NCBI RefSeq assembly: GCF_006345805.1
Contig: NC_043007.1
Location: 33,852,001-33,916,000 of the forward strand
From: Octopus sinensis
Lineage: Eukaryota
Length of the DNA stretch: 64,000 bases
Reading direction: 5' to 3'
Part shown: positions 52,817-64,000 of the stretch, in pieces
Numbering within the stretch: the stretch's first letter is position 1
Layout of the letters: each line of letters begins with the position of its first letter
Notes under the pieces: generated by a model
The model's database searches: none
Told to the model about the DNA's origin: nothing
The model's input: the letters and a program-made list of their open reading frames with translations, nothing else
Program-made: the position numbers and the translations under genes

Positions 52817-52879
52817 CCACCTGATGAATGTCTACTACTCATAGATTTGATGACTGAAGACACGAAACGATCGTAGTGG
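52817..52879 (+). ncRNA. minimal type I hammerhead ribozyme (Penelope-associated type)
   Basis: CCAC-CTGATGA-ATGTC[26 nt]GACAC-GAAA-C GATC G-TA|GTGG. Stem I is CCAC/GTGG, the core is intact, the stem III loop is palindromic (GATC), and the GUA cleavage triplet ends at 52875. Confidence 0.7.
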
Positions 52880-53377
52880 ATATAAATAATTGTTACATTT
52901 CTAAATACTATAAATTAAATTTATGTATTGGCTTAAGTATTTCTTTGTTTGATTTGCATAAAGTGCTTTTGTCTCTAATTTAATAATTATATATATATAG
53001 ATATATCTATATATATATATATATATATAATAATACGTGTGTGTGTATGTGTGTGTGTCAAAACATAGAAACAGGAGGCACGTGAGATGAATATCTTCAT
53101 TTACCCACTTGACATCGTTAGTATGTAGGCCATATTACAACTTTCTTGTAGCAATAATTTTAGTGTGGACAATCTGGTGTGTTTGACAAATAATCGGAGG
53201 AGCTTTTTATGATCATCCATGATTCCCTGAATCCATATCTTATACTTCAGACACACACATGCTATGTATGTATGTATGTATGTATGTATGTATGTATGTA
53301 TGTATGTATGTATGTATGTATGTATGTATGTATGTGTGTGTGAATGTATGTATGTAGTATGTATGTATGTATGTATG

Positions 53378-53411
<34 letters not shown>

Positions 53412-53510
53412 TGTATGTATGTATGATGTATGTATGTATGTATGTATGCATGTGTGTATGTATGTATGTATGTATGTATATGGTTTGTAATGTATGTATG
53501 TATGTTAGTA

Positions 53511-53543
<33 letters not shown>

Positions 53544-53739
53544 ATTATGTATGTAGTATGGTGTGTGTGTATGTATGTATGTATGTATGTATGTAGTATG
53601 TATTATGTATGTATGTACGTTGTATGCATGTACACTTACTGAATATGTTATACAGGTTCATTTGTTTGTATACCAATTACAGTAATCTAGTGAGCGGCCA
53701 AACGTGAAGTGTATGGTATATATTGAACTGGTATATATA

Positions 53740-53939
53740 AGGCGGCGAGCTGGCAGAAACGTTAGCACGCCGGGCGAAATGCTTAGCGGTATTTCGTCTG
53801 CGTTACGTTGTGAGTTCAAATTCCGCCGAGGTCGACTTTGCCTTTCATCCTTTCGGGGTCGATAAATTAAGTACCAGTTACGCACTGGGGTCGATGTAAA
53901 TCGACTTAATACATATGTCTGTCCTTGTTTGTCCGCTCT
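53740..53939 (+). mobile_element. SINE family C (runs into the gap)
   Basis: Homology to 38830-39058. Confidence 0.9.
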
Positions 53940-54039
53940 NNNNNNNNNNNNNNNNNNNNNNNNNNNNNNNNNNNNNNNNNNNNNNNNNNNNNNNNNNNNN
54001 NNNNNNNNNNNNNNNNNNNNNNNNNNNNNNNNNNNNNNN
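53940..54039. other. assembly gap (100 N)
   Basis: Directly visible. Confidence 1.
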
Positions 54040-54772
54040 TTCGGTGGAGTGAGTGTCATGGTTTGGGGGAGATATCTGGAGATGTGTGGGCCTTTTGCTG
54101 CGATTACATGGAAAGGTAAATGCAGGAGTTTATAAACAACTTGTAAAAGATCATGTCTTGCCTATGCTGAGAAATTCAACTAAGCGACCACCCATATTCA
54201 TGCAGGACAATGCCCCATGTCACAAGGCTAATATGGTCATGAACTTCCTCAAGTTTGAAAAGGTTATTGTTATGGATTGGCCTGCTGAAAGCCCAGACCT
54301 CAATCCTATTGAAAATATGTCGAATATTCTAGGAGAACGTTCGAAAGCCAGAAATCCTAAAACAACCGAGCAATTATGGAATGTCCTTCAGGAAGAATGG
54401 AATAAGATCACCCAGCAAGAAATTGAAAATTTAATTTCCCCATGCAGTCGAAAATGTCAAACTTTGATTGAAGCTAAAGGGCTTCACGCTAAATATGAAA
54501 TAATTCCAGCATTCTCTGTCACTTTTTGATTATTTTGTTATTTTTTCAACCGTTCAGATCATTTTGGCCACCATGGGTTTTGCAGTAAATCACTATATCA
54601 TCCATAACTTTTGTATTATCCACTCAAATTACACCAAAATCTCAGACAATACCAATTAATATCGTATTTATTCTCTGTGAAAATTATAGAATATAAAACA
54701 ACTTTAATAAAAACTTATACTTACTTTTCTGACAAAAACAATGCCGTTCTGAACATTTTGGCCGCAACTGTA
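54040..54772 (+). mobile_element. Tc1-family (DD34E) transposon, 3' half with right TIR
   Basis: GGVSVMVWG (frameshift) ...FMQDNAPCH...DWPAESPDLNPIEN, with 34 residues between D and E. Ends TTTTGGCCGCAACTG-TA. Confidence 0.92.
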
Positions 54773-55593
54773 TGTATACCAGAAACCAAAATAGTTACAT
54801 TATTTCCCTATGTTATATTTGTGGCAGAATGGGTTCAGAAAAAATGCATATCTTATAATCCTACTATAATTTAGTGTGTAGCAAAGGGAAATATTGGGGG
54901 GTCAAGGTATAGGAGTGGTGAGATATTTATTTATATTAAGAAGGTTTTATACAGTATGTATATTTCTGTATTGCCCACAAGGCGCCAAACACAGAGGGGA
55001 CAAACAAGGGATGATTAAGTCGATTACATCGACGCCAATGAGTAACTGGTACATATTTAATCGAACCCGTTTGTGCACGCATGTATGCACACATATATGG
55101 ACATATATGTGTATGTGCATACGCACAAGCCTAAATATACATGAAACATATAACTCATACAAAGTATTTATTATAAGTATTATAATACGGTAATATGCTG
55201 CCTAAGCACTTGGTGCTGGATACAGGCCCACTGCATGGCAGCTTGGATATCTTCTACTACAACCCCGGGCCGACCAAAGCCTTGTAAGTGGATTCGGCAG
55301 ACAGAAACCGAAAGAAGCTTGTCGTCTGTTGTAGTGATGATGATGATAAATATAATATTTATGATATATATATCTAGTTATTTATTTATTTATTTATAGA
55401 AACTCACACTCACTTACACGCACACATATACCTGCATAATTATAACATACATAACTATCTACATATATATACACATATATATATCTATGTATATATGTGT
55501 GTGCATATTTATGTATTTATATATGTACCTATGTATGTGTAATCAAACTGACTTATTTACGTATACACATATACACGGATATATACATACATT

Positions 55594-55670
<77 letters not shown>

Positions 55671-57161
55671 ATATATATTATATATATCTATATATATATA
55701 TATATATATATATATCTATATATATATATCAGTGCGCGTTTTTAATTGATTTTATCTAAAACTTTGTTCCTGAGTGGTGTTTGCTTGTCCGTTTATTTCC
55801 ATTTCGCACTGTAGTGGCTTTCGAAAACACTTGTATCCCTCTTTCACTATCCTTTATATGAATCATACTACTCTAATCAGGCTAAATCTGTTATTGCAAC
55901 GAAATTACTCCATCGAGAAAGCGGATGGAGGCCGGTCACATGATCAATTTCCTGACATTGCTTGGAATGTAGTATCATTATTCACACAATCACCTACCTA
56001 AGTGTTTTTTTTACCTTTGATTAACTGTGGAAACTCTCTAATTTCCAAAGACAATTTCCTTGTTCAGAAGCTTCTGTGAGATCTTCTACAACACTTCGTC
56101 TTCACGCCCAAGAGATTTGAGATTTGAAATTAAACTCGACCTACTTTCAAACGCTTCACTACTAAAATCACTTGATGCTTCCACAATCGAATTTCCTGCA
56201 ATGAAGAAGTGCATTTTACACACATCATTTTGGATTTGTCACTCTGATTTCTCTGAACGCAATCATTTTGACAACCTGCCACAAAACCACCCCTACTCAA
56301 CCACAAACTTCGCAGATACACTTGTCCACCGTTGATATTCAATTATTTGATAAAAACCTGAAAAAGACCCTTTTACTCGTACAACAAGTATTAAACCATG
56401 GCTAAAATCTTAACACAACACTCTGACTGTATTTCCTTTATGAGCTCATTAACTGGCGGAATGCACTCAATGGCTAAGTCCCTTTAAAGTTCTGAGTATT
56501 AAAACAACATTGAATAGTTCAAACTAGGCGACAAATCTTGCCCCGTAGGTGAACTACTACAATGGATAACAACATTTGCTGTTATTTCAGTTCTTCAGCG
56601 ATATATACACGAGTCACCTGGAAAAGGATAGTAATTGCTGGTCTCAGGTAAGGATGTAGAGGCTATCCCCTAATGTGCAGCAGCGCGTAACGAACAGAAC
56701 AAAATTAAAATTTACATTCTTCTACGTCAGTTACAATGGATATCGTCTCTGATTTTCCCCTCTGTTTCTAAATTGGGCACCTGTTTCTAGTTGGATACTT
56801 AAAACATTCCACGCACACTTCCTGTAGCCAACTTATTAATATTTCTGTCTTCTCTCTTTTAAAATATTTTGCATAAACTAAACACACACACATACACCTA
56901 CAAAAACACACAAATACACCTACAAACACAAACATACACACATATATGTAAGATTCAATGATCGAGGAGTAGGAAGACCTAGATATTATTGGCCTGAAGA
57001 GTAACCTCGGTATTTACTACTTCCGAAGTTCCGCTCACTACATACATACATACATACATACATACATACATACATACATACATACATACATACATGCATA
57101 CATACATACATACATACATAATGCATGCATACTTACATACATACATACATACATACATACA

Positions 57162-57218
<57 letters not shown>

Positions 57219-57423
57219 GATATATATATATATATACACATACATACAAGTATGTATATATATATATATACATATATATAACATACATACATACATACAT
57301 ACATTACATACATACATACATACATACAAGTATGTATGTATATATATATATATATGTAAAAGGAAAAAAGTTAACGTAGAAAATAGTAAAAAAATTTCAT
57401 CATAAAAAGCATTTTAGTACCGG

Positions 57424-57554
57424 TTTCAGTCATTGAGACTTTTTCAACTCTAAGTAAGGAAAAATTGTGGAAAAGTTAAATTTTGGACAAATTTAATTTT
57501 TCCAAAATTTAATTGTTTTCCATACTTAGAGTTGAAAAAATCTCAATGACTGAA
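57424..57554. mobile_element. small fold-back element
   Basis: TTTCAGTCATTGAGACTTTTTCAACTCTAAGTA / TACTTAGAGTTGAAAAAATCTCAATGACTGAAA. Confidence 0.75.
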
Positions 57555-57671
57555 AGTTTTCTATAATAAAATTATTTTAGCATTTTCTACCTTGACTTTT
57601 TTCCTTCTACATATCAACTCCTGTGTTCCTTTTCAACCCTTTACATACACACACACACCACACAGGTATAT

Positions 57672-57717
<46 letters not shown>

Positions 57718-58118
57718 TCTATTTATATGTATACATCTATATCTATATCATTAGTATAACCATGAGCTTCTGATAATCTGATGAGCTATCTTTATTTATT
57801 AACCTTAGTTCGATTTCTAAATATACAATTGTACTGTATAATGCATAGCATGAATATTAATAAAGGCATATAAAATAATTCATTGTATACTGAAACTCTT
57901 ATTCCATGATGAAGGCTGCGAACGGCCATAATCCCAAGGCAAACAAAGGGCTGAATGAATATTTTCACCCCTCATACCGTCTGACATTTTATAGTTTATA
58001 TGTGTGTCTGTATGTCTGTGTGTGCGTGCTTGCGTATGTTTCTGTATATATACGTGTATGCGAGCGTGTGTGTCTGTGTCTGTGTATGTATGTATATATA
58101 TATTTTAAAAATATAAAT

Positions 58119-58314
58119 ATATGAAAGAATGGAGTTGAACGACGAATTAACATTTGTGCATCTTGATGTTGACATAAGTTCCTTGCTTTTTCTGATGAGA
58201 AAGCGGCATAATATACTCCTTATTCCTTCGCAATTAGGAATATGCAGCCTTCGAAACATATGTAGAAAATAAAGGAATTTTGTTAATTCGTCCTTCAACT
58301 CCATTCTTTCATAT
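58119..58314. mobile_element. MITE-like element, 34-bp TIRs
   Basis: ATATGAAAGAATGGAGTTGAACGACGAATTAACA versus the reverse complement at 58281-58314 (1 mismatch). Confidence 0.75.
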
Positions 58315-58467
58315 ATTATATATTAAAAAAAAAAACATACAAATTTCCACACGAAAGCACGTAACTTCAAACGTGCTTCTCTGATGTGAATTTGCTACCC
58401 AGGTATCGGTTAACCGAATTATCCATAACAAGATAATTCATTCAACTACTCATATATATATATATAA

Positions 58468-58551
<84 letters not shown>

Positions 58552-58559
58552 CATTAGTA

Positions 58560-58803
58560 TATCTGTAATATAATATGTGGCAATTATTCGGTTGCCATAA
58601 TAAAACTCCGTGTTTCGTATCTCGGGGCGGAAACCTGCACTGGCAAGTCTTCAGTTATCGAGGCAATCGAGGGAATCAAAATATGCATACTTTTGGTTGC
58701 CTCGCTAACTGAAGAGATGCCGGTGCAGGTTTCCGCCCCGACATTCGAAACTCGGAGTTATATTATGGCAACCGAATAATTGCCACATATTATATTACAG
58801 ATA
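58560..58803. mobile_element. palindromic fold-back element (~120-bp arms); second copy at about 59075-59320
   Basis: ATCTGTAATATAATATGTGGCAATTATTCGGTTGCCATAAT...CGGGGCGGAAACCTGCAC is mirrored. Confidence 0.85.
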
Positions 58804-59031
58804 CATTCCTCTATTTACATGATATCGGGACTATTTCATTCTTTTGTTGTGTTACCATAATCATTAATAAATATTAATCCTTCCCCTAAAATTTGAGGCC
58901 TTGTGCTTCCAGGAGATAGGATTTATTAAAGTTGCAGAAGCGTGATACACTGACATTCACATTTATTATATTAGATATGTTTAATTTTGGAGTGATTTTA
59001 TGACAATTAAAGTGTATTTCATACGTGTGTG

Positions 59032-59062
<31 letters not shown>

Positions 59063-59527
59063 ATTATACAATAGTATATCTGTAATATAAATGTGGCAAT
59101 TATTCGGTTGCCAATAATAAAACTCCGTGTTTCGTATCTCGGGGCGGAAACCTGCATGGCAAGTCTTCAGTTATCGAGGCAATGAGGGAATCAAAATATG
59201 GCATTACTTTGGTTGCCTCGCTAACTGAAGAGATGCCGGTGCAGGTTTCCGCCCCGACATTCGAAACTCGGAGTTATATTATGGCAACCGAATAATTGCC
59301 ACATTTTATATTACAGATACATTCCTCTATTTACATGATTATCGGGACTATTTCATTCTTTTGTTGTTTACCATAATCATTAATAAATATTAATCCTTCC
59401 CCTAAAATTGAGGCCTTGTGCTTCCAGGAGATAGGATTTATTAAAGTTGCAAAGCGTGATACACTGACATTCACATTTTTATATTAGATATGCTACAATT
59501 AAAGTGTATTTCATACGTGTGTGTGTG

Positions 59528-59560
<33 letters not shown>

Positions 59561-59715
59561 ATGTGTGTGTGTATGTGTGTGTGTGTGTGTGTATGCGTGT
59601 GTGCGTGCGTGTGTGTATTAAGGAAAGTAAAAATAAAGCAAAAATGATGGTGTTCAATATGTTGACCACAGGAATTTCTGTTAAAGTTGTACATCATCTC
59701 CCTCTTTCTCTCACA

Positions 59716-59751
<36 letters not shown>

Positions 59752-59912
59752 TATTTATCAGTGTTCGCCACTGCCCTCACTGCCTACTATTACTCTGACC
59801 CCATCATGGGGAATAGTAGGAATTTCATTGGATAGTGAGAGAGTGGGGTCTAAGTGTGACACACTGACACACAGAAATTATTTTTCGCATTAATTATATT
59901 AGATGTGTGTGT

Positions 59913-59955
<43 letters not shown>

Positions 59956-60779
59956 TTGTCACTTATAGAACATCTCTTCTGCTAATTCTCCACCATCATT
60001 GCTAACCTTCATCACGATTACCCGGGAATAATTTAAAATTCGAGCAGTTATAGATTTGGAGGTTAGGAACTCAGAAATTAATAATGATGTTCAATAATTC
60101 AAAGAAATAAGCAGTGAAATAATGCAATGATAATATTTATTTGAATCTGAGAATAAGCCAAGTGAACTTTCACCCTTTAACGCATTTACAGGTAAAAATA
60201 TACGCGTGCACATACACCCTCACACACAGGTGTTTTAAATTACAAGTATCATATATGCCAGTGGATATGACACGCATTTTTAAAAAGGCATATACATACA
60301 TTGTACTCTTCCTTCGAATATTACAATTTACTCGCAGAAACGTCTCGCTCACAAACGCAACCTAACTCTTCTGTACTGTCGCAGACCTTTCTCTAATTGG
60401 TCCCGATATAACAGACAGCAGGACCAATGCTGAGACTCAGCTGGGTGCATAAAAAACTTACCATTCATCTAATGCGATTGACTGCATTATGGATTGGATA
60501 CTGAATGTATGAGTGAAAGATGAAACATATTTATTTGTTTTTTTCGCACAAAATATACTTATTTCTCTCGAAAAACTGGGGTTTCTTTTATGCGTAAGTA
60601 CGTCTTGTACACCGTGAAATACAGTTAATTTATGTGTAGGTTCTATGTGATGGGTCCCTGCTGTTTATGGAGGACCGTGCTTCTGTATTTGTATTTGCAG
60701 ACCTGGGCTGTATATTTTGAGGCAGACAAGAGTTTTTAATTCACGTAAGCTTCTCCGCTGTACATCCTTAATATTCATC

Positions 60780-61030
60780 CAAAATGTACCTCACGACTTC
60801 GGGTGATATGGCTTGGCACGAGACTAGTCTCGTAGCTGGTGTGGCAATAAGAACACAAAAAAAACCCGGAACACATACTTGGTGTCTTGCTCAACACTCC
60901 AACACTTCCGTCTATGCACTACCCTGGGTTGGTGAAAACCTCGGTAGGACTTCATCTCAGATCGTAGATAGTTGGGATAAATAACAAAATGGCTTCTATC
61001 CAACGCTCTAGCGAATCTGCCGAGCGTTAT
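60780..61030 (+). pseudogene. highly degenerate Tc1-like transposase catalytic fragment
   Basis: GDMAWHETSLV... followed by *QNG(A)SIQRS, resembling the W-G...QQDNASIH region. Weak. Confidence 0.35.
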
Positions 61031-61119
61031 ATATTTGGTCACGCTATGAAGACCGAGAACTGGAAAAAACGAATCTTTATAAATTCGTTTTGAAGAAAGA
61101 ATGATTCATTTTAACGTGT

Positions 61120-61282
61120 TGGCGCAGGAGTGGTTGTGTGGTAAGCAGCTTGGTTACCAACCACATGGTCTGGGTTCAGTCCCACTGCGTGGCATCTTGG
61201 GCAAGTGTCTTCTGCTATAGCCTCGGGCCAACCAAAGCCTTGTGAGTGGACTTGGTAGACGGAAACTGAAAGAAGCCTGTCG

Positions 61283-61317
<35 letters not shown>

Positions 61318-61532
61318 ATGTTTGCGTGTCTGTGTTTGTCCACCTAACATTACTTGACAACCGATGCTGGTGTGTTTACGTCCCCGTCACTTAGCGGTTC
61401 GGCAAAAGAGACCGATAGAATGAGTACTGGGCTTACAAAGAATAAGTCCCGGGGTCGATTTGCTCGACTAAAGGCGGTGCTCCAGCATGGCCGCAGTCAA
61501 ATGACTGAAACAAGTAAAAGAGAGAGTAAAGA
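61120..61532 (+). mobile_element. SINE family A, full length
   Basis: Homology to other copies; clean 3' tail. Confidence 0.92.
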
Positions 61533-61663
61533 GTATATGTATGTGCGTGTATAAAATTAAATAAGTATACATTATAAATGTATATATAACAAAATTGTAA
61601 AAAGTAGCTGTTTGCAACGTTATACCGGAAAGGTAAATTATAGACAAGTTTAGTCGAAGACTG

Positions 61664-61718
<55 letters not shown>

Positions 61719-62939
61719 ATGTGTGTGTGTGCGTGTGCTTAAAATAAATATATATTTATTTATTTTTATACACACACATATACATATATACATATATGCA
61801 TACATACGTACGTGTGTGTGTGTATGTGTGTGTGCATGTCCGTTTTTCTGTGTTAAAACGTATGAATGAGTAAAGATATATATACATACATTGTACTCTT
61901 ATTTCGAATATTACACTTTAGTTACAGAAACGTCTCGCTCTCAAACGCAATCTAACTCTTCTGTACTGTCGCAGACCGTTCTCTAATTGGTCCCGATATA
62001 ACAGACAGCAGGACCAGTGCTGAGATGCAGCTGGGTGCATTAATTTTCTTTCAATTCCGGATAGTGTATTTTTGGAAGCGGATCAAGTCGAAGCGGAGAA
62101 AGAAAAAAATAGTCATAATAATAAGGAAATAGATCAGATAAAACATTTTAAGTAGAAAATTGAACTGATTCCCTTTTCATTTGATTCAATGCAGTCTTTG
62201 GATTAAATGGAAGACAGGAAGATACAAGAGGCTAATTGGAACAAGGAAACAGAAACTTCAATCATGGAAATCTTTGAGAAATAAATGTAATAGAATCTGG
62301 AAGAGAAAGAGGAAAATATAGAAAAGAAAAACGAAAAGGAGAAACCAAATAAATAAATAAACGAAGGAAATGAATTTGTAGTGTCAGGGAAAGAAATAAA
62401 TTAGGTCAGCTGCCGAACCAATTTTTGCCAATGACCTCATTTGTGAAATCCAATTACAAAGGTGATAAAATATTACAGGTGATAGAATATTACAGGTGAT
62501 AAAATATTTCTAAATCACGGTGTCGTTCAGCTAACGTTTCTTGTAACTAACATGAATGGCTGACTATGTAATGGTTCTTTTGTCCTTTTCCTGATTTAAT
62601 ATCTAAGTGAAAATAACACTGCTACTGTTAATTACGTTGTTATTGATGCTATTCTTGCTTAGCTCCGAACAATCCCTTGTTTATTACGTTATATAATTAA
62701 AGTCTTCTCCGTTGAGCTAATTACAACTGAGAAAGATCACGAAGAAAAGCATCGTTCAATATACCATTCTTTATTTTAGACGGCAGATCAGAGCCATCTT
62801 AATACATTAACTGCGTCATTAAATCTTTGGTCGTTCCTGTAATGATGTTTATCATACAGCAAGAAATGGAATTGGTGTTTTCTACTTCGGCGATACTTTT
62901 TCAGCATTTACTGTGGGTATTGTTTGCATATAGGGTTAA

Positions 62940-63247
62940 GGTTAAAGATTCTCTTCAGTCATGAATGACCACGGGATGGCACCTAGAAAGTTACCCTCCC
63001 AGGCACAAATCCAGGCAAGGTTGTTTTTAAGGAAAACCAGCAGTTGCCCATGCATACCAGCACGCCCTTTCCACGCCACCGGTATTATCCAAGGAAACGG
63101 CACAGTGACGTCGCAACACATTTATACATCTGAATGAACTGGAGCAACGTGAAATAAAGTCTGTTGCTCAAGAACACACAGCCCGGTCCGGGAATCGAAC
63201 TCACTATCTCATGATTGTGAGTCCCGTGCTCTAACCACTGAGCCATC
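62940..63247 (-). mobile_element. SINE family D, single 3' unit
   Basis: Reverse complement TGGCTCAGTGGTTAGAGC...GAGTTCGATTCC (A and B boxes). Confidence 0.85.
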
Positions 63248-63519
63248 CATCACTAAACGTTTTTACTTTCTCTGTAAAAAGATACCTAATGAAATATGTG
63301 AAAAACTCATGAATATCTCAAAAATCGTCTCTTGTTAAATGTGCCACTACAGGTGTCTCCACTTCTTGCAGTATAAGGAGAGGATTTTTTAAAACCGTGA
63401 ATAATAAAACCGCTTTCCACAGTTAACAATTATAAAACTATGTCCGATTTCTACGTCCAGAATGTTAAAATATGGGCGCACGAGGCAGTTGCCCAAGGTC
63501 CCACGAGTCTAGGTTCCCA

Positions 63520-63609
63520 AAGCTAATTCATGTAGATTTTGAAAGAGGTCGTATTGTTGGACAATCTGGGGTTGGTCTTAGCCAGCAAAAAATTGCCGCC
63601 AGTGTATAA
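63520..63609 (+). pseudogene. Tc1-like transposase N-terminal HTH fragment
   Basis: DFERGRIVGQSGVGLSQQKIAASV*, typical of the Tc1 paired-like first HTH. Confidence 0.55.
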
Positions 63610-63624
63610 ATATATATTTTTTTA

Positions 63625-63836
63625 CTACCCACAAGGGGCTAAACATAGAGGGGACAAACAAGGACATATAAAGGGATTAAGTCGATTACATCGACCCAGT
63701 GCGAAACTGGTACTTTATTTATTGACCCCGAGAGGATGAAAGGCAAAGTCGAACTCGGCGGAATTTGAACTCAGAACGTAACGACAGAAGAAATACCGCT
63801 AAGCATTTCGCTCGGCGCTCTAACGTTTCTGCCAAT
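63625..63836 (-). mobile_element. SINE family C
   Basis: Homology to 38830-39058. Confidence 0.88.
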
Positions 63837-64000
63837 ATAGGGGTCTGATGGCGCTCACATATTGTAAGAGTGTTTTGCAGTGGGATATAATTTAAGGGTA
63901 CTTTACTGATATTTCCAGCAAATCGTGTATGGGTTCCCCATTGCCTTGTTATTGTTGTTGCTCTTCAGTTCCAGACCAACCCTTATCGAAAAACGTAGAG

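Larger units (their letters stand above)
60291..62040 (+). repeat. pair of 160-bp direct repeats (60291-60450 and 61881-62040), about 90% identical
   Basis: TATACATACATTGTACTCTT...CAGCTGGGTGCAT occurs twice, 1590 bp apart. Confidence 0.9.

Noticed and set aside
53105-53230. Minus-strand GIMDDHKKLLRLFVKHTRLSTLKLLLQE... with a GTAAAT donor
   Set aside because: Weak acceptor; equally consistent with a decayed Tc1 DNA-binding region.
55990-56340. Possible degenerate mariner N-terminus on the minus strand
   Set aside because: No diagnostic motif (WVPHEL, YSPDL) recovered.
56591-56647. 57-nt plus-strand exon candidate (TTATTTCAG|...CTCAG|GTAAGG)
   Set aside because: The flanks look repeat-derived, two frames are open and no protein is recognised. 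Not supportable without RNA data.
60291-62040. Direct repeats interpreted as LTRs of a TRIM
   Set aside because: No TSD, PBS or polypurine tract; the interior is a SINE and a Tc1 remnant.

Overview
This is eukaryotic, very AT-rich, microsatellite-dense DNA with one 100-N gap (53940-54039). The SINE families and (AT)n/(GT)n/(TAA)n load point to an octopod cephalopod genome (inference). I could not identify any host protein-coding gene; most supplied ORFs are microsatellite translations, and only a few low-confidence splice-site-defined exon candidates remain. The window is dominated by mobile DNA. (1) A near-full-length, recently inactivated CR1-group LINE (minus, about 40148-44960). Its ORF1 carries a Myb/SANT-like (trihelix-type) domain plus a CCCH zinc finger, and its presumed 5' UTR is about 10 tandem ~80-bp monomers. 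(2) Four tRNA-derived SINE families; the most abundant shares a covarying two-hairpin 3' end with that LINE. (3) A Penelope-like element (RT + GIY-YIG) split by a SINE, plus one textbook and two variant minimal hammerhead ribozymes. (4) Fragments of L1/Tx1, RTE and Tc1 elements. (5) About ten different fold-back/MITE-like hairpin elements. The most interesting candidate system is the Myb/SANT-CCCH LINE with its repeat 5' UTR and partner SINE.
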